A DNA stretch of 61,023 nucleotides, counting the filler, from Sphacelaria rigidula (taxonomy: Eukaryota), in NCBI GenBank assembly GCA_964200075.2. It is 10 parts of 10 records of this genome, joined end to end, with 100 filler letters (N's around TTAATTAATTAA, not from the genome) between each part and the next. Parts side by side here need not be neighbours in the genome. Positions count along the whole stretch, not along the records: positions 24,452 to 30,463 come from CAXNAA020022802.1; positions 30,564 to 36,575 come from CAXNAA020022803.1; positions 36,676 to 42,687 come from CAXNAA020022804.1; 7 more parts are not named here. One strand, 5' to 3'. Below, in pieces: positions 24,629 through 36,850 of this stretch. Position numbers and translations under genes: made by a program. Below the pieces are notes generated by a model, which saw only the letters and a program-made list of their open reading frames with translations, ran no database searches and was not told the origin of the DNA. The stretch's first letter is position 1. Every line of letters starts with the position of its first letter.

Positions 24629-25529
24629 ACAACGTCGATATCCTTTTCGTCGACGGGCCTTCCGACACGCTTATGTTCGCGAACGAGGCAATCGGACACT
24701 TTTTACGATTGCCCCCCCAAGAAACTAGCCCAAAAGTGTCCCGAAAAAAGTGGTCATACAGCGCCTGGTGTTTGAGATCAGGCGGCATGAAGCGCCTCAT
24801 ATGTGTGACAATGGCAAGAACGAACCCAAACATGGGAATTCTCAGCTGCTCGTTGTGCTTGACCTTTTCCATTCCGATTTACGTGAAGATGTTGCCTCCC
24901 CGAACCAGGCACTCTTGTGGGGGGGGGGCTATCGTAAAAAGTGTCATCGACTCTAATTAGGCACTTCTGACGGTGTTCCCCGAGCTTCATCGCCAGACCG
25001 TAAAATTTCATGATGAGCTTTTTTCGTTCTTTATACCCACTTGCGTGGGAGAGTTCTACCAGTCGTCGCCAGGCTTGGCTGGGAGAAACAAAGGACTGCA
25101 CAATCTCAAGGGCGGTTCCCTTACTATTAGTGATCAGGGAAACCCACACCTGATTGGCCTTCCTAGGGAGTCTGGGTCGATGCCGCTGCTGTCGAACTCC
25201 TCCTGTCCCGCATTCAGTTCTTCGTCGCCGGTGGCACTAAGAACATCAAAGTATCCCAGCACCGTCAACTGGGCCCGGTGTGCTTGGGACCAATCGTTCT
25301 AGCCTTCAGGTTCCCCCGAGAATTTCAGGAACTCGATTTTGGCGTTGGCCTGTCGTGGGTCCGCTGGTGCGGACGTAGACAATGGGAGCTGCTGCTGCTG
25401 CTGCTGCTGCTGCTGCCGCTGGGTTCTGTCCATCAGCGCTTGTTGCTGCTGTTGCCCCTGAGCCTGGACTTGCTGCAGCACTTGTTATTAAAATTGCTGT
25501 TGCTGTTGCATCGCTTGTATAGCAGTCAT
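24629..25529 (-). pseudogene. Copia gag 5' half (poly-Gln N-terminus, UBN2-like region), disrupted by stops, a frameshift and a MITE
   Basis: KFSGEPEG..WVSLITNSKGTALEIVQS..SQAWRRL..LAMKLGE..IRVD[MITE]CLVREHKRVGRPVDEKDIDV, continuing at 30394 with VIISGL. Confidence 0.8.
24695..24945. mobile_element. MITE family A inserted in Copia gag, TSD ATCG
   Basis: Same TIRs and internal sequence. ATCG at 24691-24694 and 24946-24949. Confidence 0.85.
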
Positions 25530-25655
25530 GAAGTTTGACAGGTTGCCTTTTCCCGATTGCGCAGCGCTTGACGAACGCATCTCCACCTCTCTCGATCTCC
25601 GTAAAAACTCGTAGAGCTAGTGACTACCTCCGTTGGTAGTAAAAACGTTACAACG

Positions 25656-26202
25656 TGTTGAAGTACTCTAACTCGATGAGGGTCACGGATGTGAACATGG
25701 CTTCCCAGTTTCGGACGCTGGAGCAATTTATAGCTCAGACAGCAGTCGAGCGTGTCTCGATGATGGAGATGATTGAAAATGTCTTATATTAGCGAAGAAC
25801 CGTGATGTTCCTCAGTCACTCTCAATACCTATCTTACGAAAGGAGATATACCCGGCGTTCTATGCCCTACCGAGGAGTAGACGTGGACAGCAGTAAGTTA
25901 GCTGTGAAAAGGAAGTCGGAAGGAAGTGAGCAGGGGGGGGGGCTGGTTTGCCTGCGTCGCTCTTTCTATCGCTCGACGTCTAGAAAACCGCCGGGAAACC
26001 CATCCGCGCTGACCACCCGCTCGCTAGGGAAATCACCCGTGCCAATGACCCGCTCGCTAGGGAAATTGCCCGTGCTAATCACCCGCTGCAAGAAGAATCG
26101 CCCACTATTCTCGAAGTCTCTTTTTCTCGAATAACTCTTGTTCCTAGAACGTTCTTCACGAATAATTGACAGAGTACAGGGCATACTACGAATTCCTCAA
26201 CA
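25656..26202 (-). repeat. Single LTR (547 bp) of the Copia element
   Basis: On the minus strand it begins TGTTGAGG directly after a purine tract (GAGCAGGCGGGGG, ~26215-26203) and ends CTTCAACA, giving TGTTGA..TCAACA terminal inverted repeats. It contains about 3 tandem ~33-bp repeats (ACCCGCTCGCTAGGGAAAT) at ~26000-26090. Confidence 0.85.
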
Positions 26203-26230
26203 CCCCCGCCTGCTCAACAATTCAGACATG

Positions 26231-29200
26231 CTACAGTACATTCTCTCTGGATTTTTGAAATCCTAGGAAACATTCATCAGGAAAACGAGCATGTCCCTCA
26301 AAGGTCTTCGCGTCCAACGCTTTGCTGAGGATATCCGCGTGTTGCTCTCCTGACTTCACGTATTTCACACGGATGATACCGCTGTCGACGACGTCCCTAA
26401 CGACGTGGTGTTTGACGTCGATGTGCCTTGTCCGTCGGCTGCTGAAGCTGTTTGCCATTGTAATAGCGCCTTGATTGTTCTTGTGAAGAGGGATCCCGGC
26501 GTCAGTGGGTGGTTCTATGAAGTATTTTTCCTGTCTGAGGAAGCGCAGCTCGTTGTTCGCCTCTCCGAGCGCAATGTACTTCGACTTTGATGTAGCCGCA
26601 GCGGTGAGCTTCTGCGCCCAGAAGAACCGACTGATGGCGCCTCCGACCAGCATGAACGCTTCTCCTGACACCGAACGCCTGGTATCGAGGCAGGTTGCGT
26701 GGTCCGCGTCGATCCACGCGGGGAGCTTGGTGTCGTTCCTGAATTTACCTCCGTACACGATCCCGCAGTCTGAGATGAGCCTCAGGTACTGCATAACCTT
26801 CATAACTGTTTTCCATTGTGCCGGTCCCGGGTTGTCGCTGAACTTGGCGACGTTGTGTGCTGCGAAGGATAGATCAGGCCTCGTCATGGTGTCAATTCAC
26901 GTCAGTGCTCCCACGGCCTCTCGGTACGGGATACCCCGCATCTCGTTCACTTCGTCTTTGTTTCCTGGTCCATTTCTCTTCGAGAGCGCAGCTACTCCAG
27001 TAGCGACCGGAATCTTGCTCGTTTTTGACGGCTTTGAAGCGCTCGATCCCTTTTTTTCGTGTTTAAGCATTGGTCAAGAGTCACCGTTTCAACCTTGCGG
27101 TCCCGGGAGACGTGGCACTCGAGGTAGAATGAAATCCCCCCCAGGTCCTTGATGGAGAAACTCGATTGCAGATCTGCGGGTGCCCTTTCCTCGTCCTCCT
27201 TCGTGGTGCTTACCAGGAGAAGATCGTCCACATAGACGACTATGATGACTGACACTCAGCCTTCGCGCTTCTTGCGGTGGACGCGGGGATCGGCTTGCGA
27301 TCTCTCGAAACCCTTGCGGAGCACTTCTTGGCCAAACGTCTTCGACCACAGCAGTCCTGCGTGCACCTGGCCGTACATGGCCTTGTTAACTTGTCCCACT
27401 TGGTTCTTGGACTGATGGTATCCGTCGGGTAGTCCAATGTAGATCTCTTCCTCAACGTCCGCCTCGTGATAGACCATCTCTACATCTAGTTGGCGTCCTC
27501 CTCAGTTCTGTGTGGCCATGAGCGCAAGTGCCATCCGGATGCTGGACTGCGCCAGTATGGAAGAGGAGGACTCCTGGTCGTGAATACCGGGTACCTGGCG
27601 AAGTCCTTGGGCGACAAATCGGCACTTGTACTTCTCGATCTGCCCGTCCTTGTTGATCGTCCTCTTGAAGACTTGTCTCGTGCCAAGAACCGTTTTGCCT
27701 TTGGAGCGGTCTATCGTTTCCCAATCCCCGCGAGAGAGTTGTCCCTCCATCTCGCGTTGCAAGGCTTCTCGCCACTGGATCCGTTCTGGGGATCATTGTG
27801 CCTCTTCCAGTGTTGTTGGTTCCTCTGGTAACTTGCTTTGTAGTGTGACGATGGCTGTTGCTTCTTTGACCAGAGCATCCTCCATCTTCCTGATCTCCAT
27901 GTCCGCGGTCTGAACTTGCATCGCAGAACTGAGCAGCGCGGTTAGCCCTCCTCCACGTGTACGTCGCGGTAGGATGGCTGGAGTTTCTCCCGTGTGGTAG
28001 CCTGTCAATTTGCGTACAGCTGCGGTCGTGCGCGTGATGGTCGTTGTGTTGGATCGCTCTTCGTCCTCCTACCCAGAGATGTCCGGCTCGAGCTCTGTCT
28101 CTTCTTCGGAGGGGTATTCGGCAACGGTCTCCGAGGTTGCTGGAGTGAACAACCGGTGTGAAGGTGTGTGCTTGTAACCCCCTCCCCCCCTCTCCCCCCC
28201 TCAGCTTCGCGAGACACCCATGAGACAGTGTGTAAGCCGTGCCTGTCTCAGGAGGTGGCGATACGAGATATTCAAGCAAGTCATTGTAGGCTGTCATTTA
28301 AATGCAAGATAATCAGAGGGCCTCGGGCCAAACAATCTTAGCCGGATGCAGGTCACCCTTCATGCGACTCACCGAACACACCACAGCGCTTCGCGCTTGG
28401 TGATTGAGTGCGAGGCTGTTCCGGCGAAAGCCCGGCGTGCCCCGTCCCGGCTTTGTAGGGATGCGAGGTCAATGGTCTTATGACTATGGTATGCATGATA
28501 ATGAGTACACCGCCCCCCCCCAGCTTCGCGACGGTCGGCCCGTCGTGTGCAGGTGGCTTCGAGGGGTGCCAGACAACAGATTGGCGCAGAACCACCGATC
28601 CGGTGATGAGGTCTCTCACCCAGTATGTCAGCGATGAACGGTTCATCGCAGTGCTCAGCAGGATGCACCTGTTTCCCCGCGGGGTCAGCTTGTGTGGCGG
28701 ATTGTGTCGGCGTAAGTTGCCGACGGTGCCGAACGGCAGAATCCCGGTGAAGGAAGGTTTTCGGCCATACCAGAGCTCGTAGGGCGTGAGTCCGCGGCTC
28801 AGTGACGATGTAACGCTCTTGTCGGTCATGCCACAGGCGTATTGCATGGCTTCGGCCCAGAGGCGATCGGATTTTCCTTGCTTGAGGCTGCAAAGCAGAG
28901 CGACAGTTTTGTCGCGCAGTAGTCCGAGAGCTCGCTCGGCAACCCCGTTGTACTGAGGAGTGTGAGGTGGAGTACGCTTGCGCTTGGTGCCCAGCTTGTT
29001 GAGGATGTCTTGAAACTTTCCCTCGAATTCATCCCCACCGCCAGGACGGATGATGCCGGTTTTAATGCCAGCAGGGGGAATGTACGTGGTGAGGATGTCC
29101 TCAAATGCCGCAATGGTGTCGTCCTTCTCCCTCAGAAATCCCATGATCTTGAAACGGCTGCAGTCGTCAACACACAGCATTGCGTAGCGACTACCGGAAA

Positions 29201-30241
29201 ACTATGCGTCGGAAAAGGGTCCGGGGAGGTCGATGAAGAATCGCCCAGCGCGCGTATCAGCGCGCGTGTCTGTGATATTCGGTACAGCAAAGCGTCGACC
29301 TCGTGATTCGGAGCAGAGCGCACATGGTCGCCACTTGCCTGTCAGGTGTCCGCGTATCTGGTGGAAAATCATGATGTTTGAGGGTCAGGTTTCGAACGGG
29401 GCTTTTTGCCAAGCATCGCTTGGTTGTTTGGCGGTGACGTGTTGTTGGGCTTCGGCGTGGCAGGGCGGCGTCGAACCTTGATCTCGTGAAGGTCGCTCTC
29501 GGGGTGGAGCCTTCGAAACGTGAGTGACCTTGGTCCCTGCGGTGGTTTGATGATGCTGGCTGCAGGGTACATTTAGAGGGGCGCGTGGAGTGACTTAGAC
29601 AATTTTGTCACTGAGAGCAGATCGTGGTTTCCCAGTAGGGGCACATGCACCACGCGCTGTAGCTCGAGGTCCTCCGTGGTTCGGGTGAAATCGCCGGTGT
29701 ATCGGTCAACTTCGAGGTGTAGTCGGCCGTATTCGGCGATAGGGAAGAATTTTCCGTTGGCGGTCTCCGCGCGGTCGTTCGTTGAGGTCGTGTGGCAGTC
29801 GCGTAGATCAGCCGCGCTTGACGTCATGCGCTCCGTTGCTCCGCTGTCGGCTACCCAGAACTCATCGTCTCGATTTTTTTTGACAATGAGTCTACCAGCG
29901 GTGGAAGTCTTGGCCAGCAGTCCGTCGCCGAGGGCGCCTGTCGAGTTCGCAGTCGCCATCATGCCTTGCCGACGGCCTTTCGCGCCTGCATTCTTGGGTC
30001 GATTCGGACACTTGGAAGTCTTGTGTGGCCCTTCGCAATAGGAACATCCTGAGTGGGGTGTCTTGAGGTCTTTCACGTTGTTCCGCCTTGTGACATTGCC
30101 CTTTCGGCCGTTGGAGCTTCGTCCTCGGCCTCGAGAGCGGACGAACGCTTGGTATTTGCGGAAAAATGTTGTGTCGTGACCGGGCTTGGAGCAGAGGACG
30201 CAGGAGGAAGTAGATTGGCCGCTACCCGACTTCGTACTCAT
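26231..30241 (-). pseudogene. Copia pol (PR-IN-RT-RH) remnants
   Basis: ORF fragments 29573-30241, 28353-29180, 27502-27762, 27256-27477, 26992-27255 and 26231-26887 carry the motifs in Copia order but in shifting frames. Confidence 0.92.
28213..28520 (+). mobile_element. Retroposon-like element (family R1, long form) nested in the Copia integrase-RT spacer
   Basis: Flanked by the direct repeat CAGCTTCGCGA (28202-28212 and 28521-28531), each copy preceded by a C-run. Homologous to 49650-49930 (opposite strand) and to shorter copies elsewhere. Confidence 0.8.
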
Positions 30242-31179
30242 GAGTGCGTGTGGGTCTGCAGCAGTTTTTTCTCCCTCGAGACGCTCGTACCTGTTGAGGA
30301 TCGTGCGTTCGATCCAGTCTCGATCAGTTGGCTGAAGTTTCGAGCATTCGAGCCTCCGCGTCGTACTGGCTTGTCAGCCCCGATATGATTACAAGACACT
30401 TTCTACGATGGTCCCCTCCCAAAACCAGCTCAAACGTGTCACGAAAAAAAAGACCATACAGCGNNNNNNNNNNNNNNNNNNNNNNNNNNNNNNNNNNNNN
30501 NNNNNNNTTAATTAATTAANNNNNNNNNNNNNNNNNNNNNNNNNNNNNNNNNNNNNNNNNNNNCCTCGTGCGACCTGTGTCGTTGTACAATCCCAACTTG
30601 TGCAGCACCGCGCGGCACAACCGACTGTAACCGCAAATCCAGTTTTAGCCGTTTTTTTTTTGTTGATTCCGCCGCAAATGGTACCCTCAACTCTCTACGC
30701 TTCGCATTTCACCACCGTTTGGTATTTCGTTTGATGGGACTTTCTCGAATCGCAGTGCTAGATGAATTTGAAGACGCGCGCTGATTCGCCGATTACAATG
30801 ATGTGTCATGGTAGGCACAACTCGCGGTACATCGTCAGAGAGAACGGACTGAAGGAAAGTGAGCTTCTTGGGCGGCCCAGCTCGTATCAGCGGAATATAC
30901 GGCAGCGCTCGCTGTTCAAAATCCATCGCCATAATCCGTTCATGAGCTCACTTCTTCGGAGTTTCTCCCCCATTTCCCACTCGTGATCGCTTCGCAACTC
31001 CGCATCTTCTTGCTCGTCTTCACTTCATGCGTTTTGATTGCAAAAGAGATGCCTACCGCGTGTCCTCTGCAGGTGCAAAAACCTCCCCGGACCTCCCTGT
31101 CTAGGGCGACTAAGCAGACGAAGTACGAGGAGAGACGTCTGGAGTGTAAAAACGAACGTTCAAGATTGCTTCAAATTGA

Positions 31180-33482
31180 ATGTACCGAAGCAGAGCGTGT
31201 AGATTTCATCACCTGCCGGCATACCTCACCACGCAACCGGCTCGGCACGTTCATGCAGCAGGTGCAGTTTTGCGCCGCATCATCTTGAGGCGGCACCAAG
31301 ATGCTTTCCATTGTGTGTCTGCTAAGGGAGGCCGGGCTGCTAGCGACGAAGGAAGTGGCCCGGCGGCGATTGCCACGTTCACTGAGCCGCCGAGCGTGCT
31401 GGTCGAGGGTTGCTTCGAGAGACCTACTCCTATGTTGTTCGTCGCTGGGGAGTGCCAGCCCTCGGAATGGTGAGATGGGACAACAAATGCCACCGAAAGC
31501 GCAGTCTGTCATCGTTCTCAAGCGCATCCAACTCGGTGTTGCTGTCTGTCACCGAGTGCATCCCTCGAGATTTCGAAGCATGCCTCCTACATGAAAATAA
31601 TACCTTCAGAGGGGCAACAGTGCCCACCAGAGTGTGTAAAGGACCAGAGATATTTTTCGCAGTACGGGCACGCGTGAAAATATACTCTCCAGACAAGCCA
31701 TGTGGAATGCATCTTCTGTAGAACACCTCATCATGGGTTGGATTTACAGTGACTCCGCTCTCATTGTAATGCATATGAAATCATTTTCCAGGGTAGGTGG
31801 GATACCAGCGCCAAGTTCTTCTCGCAGCGGGGCTGCACCGTGGGCACCATGCCGCTGACGGGAAGAGGGAGTTCAGCGACGGAAAAATTGTCGCTCAGGG
31901 CACTCCAGGCTGGCGTTGCGGCGGCAGTGGAGAGGAGCGGGCACGCTCCACCAGTGATCGTGGCTCACTCTATGGCGGTGAGGGATATTCACAGTGTATT
32001 CGATGGTTCTCCTCAACACATCGAGTATGGGAAGCAGTGTGATGTGTGGATGTGTCATGATAAGTTGACGTGCTCGTGCCCGTTGTTGCTACACCTGCTT
32101 TTTCACTCCCTCTGATTTTCATTTTGTTGCTAAGCTGACCCGCTTGTCGTGGTGTTCTCCTGTTCGTTTTTCATCATCCAGGGATTCGTCTGCCAGCAAT
32201 ATCTTCAGTCGTACCCGGCAGCAGGTTTGGTGCTGCTGGATTCGTACCCGCCAAACCCCGGTGAGATAGCTGCAACGTAAAAGTTGGCCCATGTGGTGAT
32301 GACTGTCACCGTCTCGATGATGCGAATGCTGCTTGTTACGTCGATCCCCAATGGAAAAGGCGTCAGTATGTGCCGTGTACTTCCAAGATTGAATACGCGT
32401 GTTCCGTCTCGTACCTCCTTGTGTCCATGTAAAGCCCTCGTCATCATGCTCCCCGACACTGTCAAGTGATGTCCATCGCCTGCTCGTCATGAGCTGGTAT
32501 GTATGATGGAAGACCAGCTGGGTTACAGACTTTGAATTCCCGGCAAAATACACAAGGCAATCACAATCACGAGGTAAAGCTGCAATTACGCTCCGCTCTG
32601 TTCCGCCTTAAATAAGTGCGTTTTACATTTATATGGCACCGTACGCTCACGCTCTCCCCTCCTTCCCCTGCTGGTATATGCCATGATCCCACAGCTGAGC
32701 TCGCGTGCTCGCACCTCATGATGGCGTACGCCGCGGACAAGGCAAGCGGTACGAGCGTTGTTGGTGATGATGTATGTAATCCGCAAGAGCTCGCGAGGCG
32801 AATCAAAGACGATCCGGCGCGCTTCGAATCCATGTTACGGTAGGTGCTCAAGGATTCCCTTTCCGCAGTCGATGTGAGTTCTGTCGTGAAAATCTCAGCA
32901 CTAATCGTCCGAAATGTATCCTTTCTTCAGTGAAGTGGAGCACCTTGTTGGTTCAGCTGGCAACAAGAACCAGCGACCAAACCGGTGTTTCCTTCATTGG
33001 CCAGGTGTTTTTTTGCGCGAGCTCATTCGAAAGGCCCCTGGAGTCGATCTTCACCGCAAGATCAGGTCGAGAGTGACGAAACGCGACGACCACCTGCCGT
33101 CTCCGGAGATTCTTCTTTCACATCAGCAGCAACATCGACAAACGGCCGTAGATTCCCAGCAAAAGCGTTCGCTGAAATGTGCTTGGGACAGCCTTCAGCA
33201 AAGCTCAGGCTTGAGAGGCGGGTCGTAGATTGCCTTGTCTTAGGATCTAATTTTTGTTCTGAGTCTCGAACCGCAGATATTGCTTTTGGTAGTGATCTTG
33301 TCGGTTGTGATGAGCGTGGAGAAAGTGCGGGTGTGTGGCGGGGAGGGTTGGAGGCAAGCGCTGAATGGCACGGAGCCGACGGATGGAGTTTGGCGGATTC
33401 AACAGGCAATGTCGAAGCAAGCACCGGCAACAGAATTCCCTGGCATGAATTTGTTTATGATTGGTATGACGCCCGTTTTTGA
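31180..33482 (+). CDS. Alpha/beta-hydrolase fold protein (Abhydrolase_6-like), apparently complete, 5 exons, ~390 aa
   Basis: Exons 31180-31469, 31797-31977, 32182-32260, 32695-32839 and 33005-33482 join in frame (1173 nt including stop). Motifs: PMLFVAG..EWWDTSAKFFSQRG, PPVIVAHSMAGFVCQQYLQSYPAAGLVLLDSYPP, and C-terminal WHEFVYDWY. The Arg-rich N-terminus resembles a mitochondrial presequence. Confidence 0.85.
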
Positions 33483-33779
33483 CTTGCCTCGTTTCACTTG
33501 ATCATGGCTGTTAATGTGCCTGGAGCATATTGGATTGTACATGTTGCGTCTTAGGTAACTTGAGCGCTGATGTGCCCACCTCGTGAGTGCATACTCATGT
33601 CCGGCGTGCGGTGGGTAATAATCGTCTTTTTTGTTGGTGTCTGCTGCAGTTGTGCATGACGCGGGATAAGTTTAATGATGGGTTTCCTGTCTATTCGCGC
33701 AGTCGAAAGGGTTTCGCCGTGCTGAAGTAGGATCGAGGCATGAAGTGACGCACTTCGCGAAACACGAGTGTTTCTGAAA

Positions 33780-34079
33780 CTGTGTTTTCGTGAGATTGAG
33801 AGTAGATGATACGATTGAGAGTGAAAATCGGTCAACCAGTGAATGAATCGTTTCGGTTCCGAAATGCATTTCCACGAGGCCCAAGATGCTTTCTGCAACA
33901 GCTGACCACTGAGGCCCTTCATATCCCTGGGTAGGATACCGACGTGTAGTAGCTGTAACCACACGCAAGTGATGGAGGTGAAGAAAAGCACATGTGGAAT
34001 AAAAAAATGACTCTCTTGAAGCGAATGATCAAAGCCACTCTCAATCGTATAATCTACTCTCAATCTCACGAAAACACTG
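33780..34079. mobile_element. MITE family C copy
   Basis: TIRs CTGTGTTTTCGTGAGATTGAGAGTAGATGATACGATTGAGAGTG and CACTCTCAATCGTATAATCTACTCTCAATCTCACGAAAACACTG. Confidence 0.8.
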
Positions 34080-36004
34080 TTGACAGTAGACCTTCAGCTT
34101 TGGGCGTATATTCATGGTTGACAGCATCTCTACTTGACTTCAGACTTGAGAAAATTGACGGATTGGGGCAGGTGACTAGTGAACCGAGCTCGTCCAAAAC
34201 ATGGTTTAGTCGAAATCGGTGCCTGCGATGTCGGTTCGAGGTCTGCCAAAATACACTTTGCCTAGGGGGTACCCACGCACGCCCCTTGCCCGAGGGTTTC
34301 GTACGCCCTGGGTCGGGGATAAGGTTCGGGTTAAATTTCTTGTTACGTTGTTCGAGGAAATCAACCATAGATCTACGCCCAAAGTTATAGGTCCCCGCTT
34401 CTGAGAATCACTTCAAGGGCGTTGAGAAAAAAGTATCAGCTCTCAATTAGTCAACAGGATGAAGAACGTGAAAGGTCGTCGCAGTCGCAACTACTCTCAG
34501 CGTCATAATTCCATTCTCAATTTCTTCGTCTTGGTAATCAGGGCCTGAGAACGCCTCATTGACTAGAACACGCGAAGCATTCACGGTGTATTTTCTCTCC
34601 CCTCTTTCTCCTTGCCGCAAGCAGAGAACATAATGTCAGTTTTTTACTTTCTTCAAAATCCGTCCCTTGTTCTCACCGATTGCGTGCTCGGCCGCTCCCA
34701 ACTCCGAACGACCCCCCTGAACAGTCGGGGGGGGGGGAGGAATCATTTGTTGCTTGCCTTCGTCGTTTGACCATTGACCACGCATCCCGTTTGAGACGCA
34801 GCGCCGTTCATACTCCTAATGGAGACCCTCAGGGCCGGGGGGGGGGGGGGGTGCTCATTTGTTGTGTTNNNNNNNNNCAGGTCGGACTTGGTTTCCCCTC
34901 CATGGGGGCGCCGCGGGGCGGGGGGGGTGGGGGTTTACTCTTTGTTTGTGTTGCAGGGGGGGGGGCGTAAGCGCGACTCGCCGCGTTGCCGTATCAAGCA
35001 ATGCTAGCTAGCGAGGCCGCATACTTGGTTGAAATACGTTGCTGAAATACGTTGCAGTCAGCTCGCTGGTTCAAGAATCAAGTCATACACTCTCCACCGA
35101 AATCCCACCCAAGGTTTCACATATGACTGTGCCGTTTTTTCTTCAATGTTCGGGCCAAGGGACCTTCCCCACGGAGGGCACAGCGGAGAAACATGGAAAG
35201 GAAGGAAGCAAAAGACGTTAGTGGTGAAAGGGGCTCCGTCAACACCCCAGCTCGGGTCCGCGTGGCCCCCCAAATGTCGCCCGTTTTTCTTCTGTATCAG
35301 AAGCCGTGAAAGCACCTTCATGCCCAGTCAAGAAAAGGCACCACAAAAGTCGAACAAGGAATACTCTCCATCAGGAAGTCGCGCTAGATACACCAACTGC
35401 TACAGTGCGCCTCGGCGACGGCGGAGCAACAATCAATGTGCTCGCCGCCCTCCTCCCCAGCTTGCCGAAGCGCGCCGGTCGTCTGCCCGTGCGCGCGCGC
35501 TAGTCCCCGATATTTGGTACCGAGTGAAGTTGAATCAGACAGCGAGGCTTCCGTACCCCGGAATACGCTCGATTTTTGCGAATTCCCACTCCTGAAAGAA
35601 GGCGCCGGAGAGCAACGAAACACAAGAGGGAAATGAACTGATATGATGCTCCGTTTTTTTTGGCAATGCGGCTGCACTGTCTTTGACTGTTGATGACTGC
35701 AGCTTGTACGCGTGTCAAGTCAGATATGTCGTGGTGTGCCCTCCGTCGAAACAGACGCTCGTGATTTCAAGTTTACATGGCACGCCGGGAATTTTTCCGA
35801 GGCTGACCCCCCCACACACACACAAAAATGAAGTCTACGATCAGGTGACCCTTCGATAGTACGTGTGCCACGAGCGTTGGATTCAAACGTTTATATCTAG
35901 GAGCAACCCGGCCGACTCAGTATTCATATGACTAGCTTTGCAGCTTGGGGGAGTAGTTGATGAAATCATACACGCTAGCTTGCGCGCGAGCGGGGGACGG
36001 GGGA

Positions 36005-36112
36005 CGGGGGGGTGTACTCATGATCACTCATGCCATAGTCATTAGACCATTGACCTCGCATCCCTACCGAGCCGCGACGGAGCACGCCGGGTTTTCGCCG
36101 GACCAGGCTAGC
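36005..36112 (-). mobile_element. Family R1 short copy
   Basis: Reverse complement of the 130-240 sequence (GGTGTACTCATGATC..GACCATTGACCTCGCATCCC..TTTCGCCGGACCAGGC). Confidence 0.75.
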
Positions 36113-36734
36113 GAGGAGGGGAGTTGTTGCTATTAATAGTACGGCAGCTGCGGTTTTCAACCACAGCATCCAAGTTCTCTACCCCGTTCGGAGGCGCGCC
36201 TACTGATCAACCTACACACGAAACATGGCAGCAGAGAGTAAGAAATAGCGTAGCTACACGACCCCTCTCTCGGAGCTTGCGAGAAAATCGAGATTGAACC
36301 AATGGACAACCGAGGGCATGTTATTCCACGTAATCAACGGGTACATGACAGTTATGGGTGGGACTGTAGGGCCTAACGACCAGAAATCAGAGGCAAACTA
36401 AAAAAACACAGAAGTGCGGAGGAATAATGAACACGTCAGTAGGTGATCACACCTGTGCCGAGGCCCTCTCGAGCAGAACGCACGCTTCATCACTTATAAA
36501 CTTGGTTTACTATGGGACAGCTCTAGCACGGGAGATCGCGCGGTTCTCGACACAGGAAGCAAGCCAGCCCACGGCNNNNNNNNNNNNNNNNNNNNNNNNN
36601 NNNNNNNNNNNNNNNNNNNTTAATTAATTAANNNNNNNNNNNNNNNNNNNNNNNNNNNNNNNNNNNNNNNNNNNNACACACTCTACCTTAGCCCAAAAGG
36701 AGCGCGCGCGAGGGGGGAGGAGGGGGGGGGGGAG

Positions 36735-36850
36735 GGGGGCGACGTACCCACGATCCTGCATGTCATGGGCGTATGACCATTGACCTCGCATCCCTACAAA
36801 GCCGGAACGGAGCGCGCCGGGTTCTCGCCGGACCAGGCTCGCAAGTAATC
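36735..36850 (-). mobile_element. Family R1 short copy
   Basis: Same core. The flanks AGCGCGCGCGAGGG and AGCGCGCGGGAGGG form a TSD-like direct repeat. Confidence 0.75.

Larger units (their letters stand above)
24452..30463 (-). mobile_element. Ty1/Copia LTR retrotransposon, decayed, circularly permuted, filling the whole contig
   Basis: Minus-strand order: gag 3' part with CxxC zinc-knuckle remnants (~30390-30000), protease WVADSGAT (~29860), integrase (VDDCSRF..TPQYNGVAER..WAEAM..TPYELW, ~29180-28530), RT (KYKCRFVAQG, KAMYG, VYVDDLL), RNase H (TRPDLSFA..DADHA..RTRHIDVKHH..ADILSKAL), PPT, LTR, then gag 5' part. Many frameshifts and stops. Confidence 0.95.

Noticed and set aside
26505..27152. 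215-aa plus-strand ORF
   Set aside because: Antisense to Copia RT/RNase H, with no independent motif.
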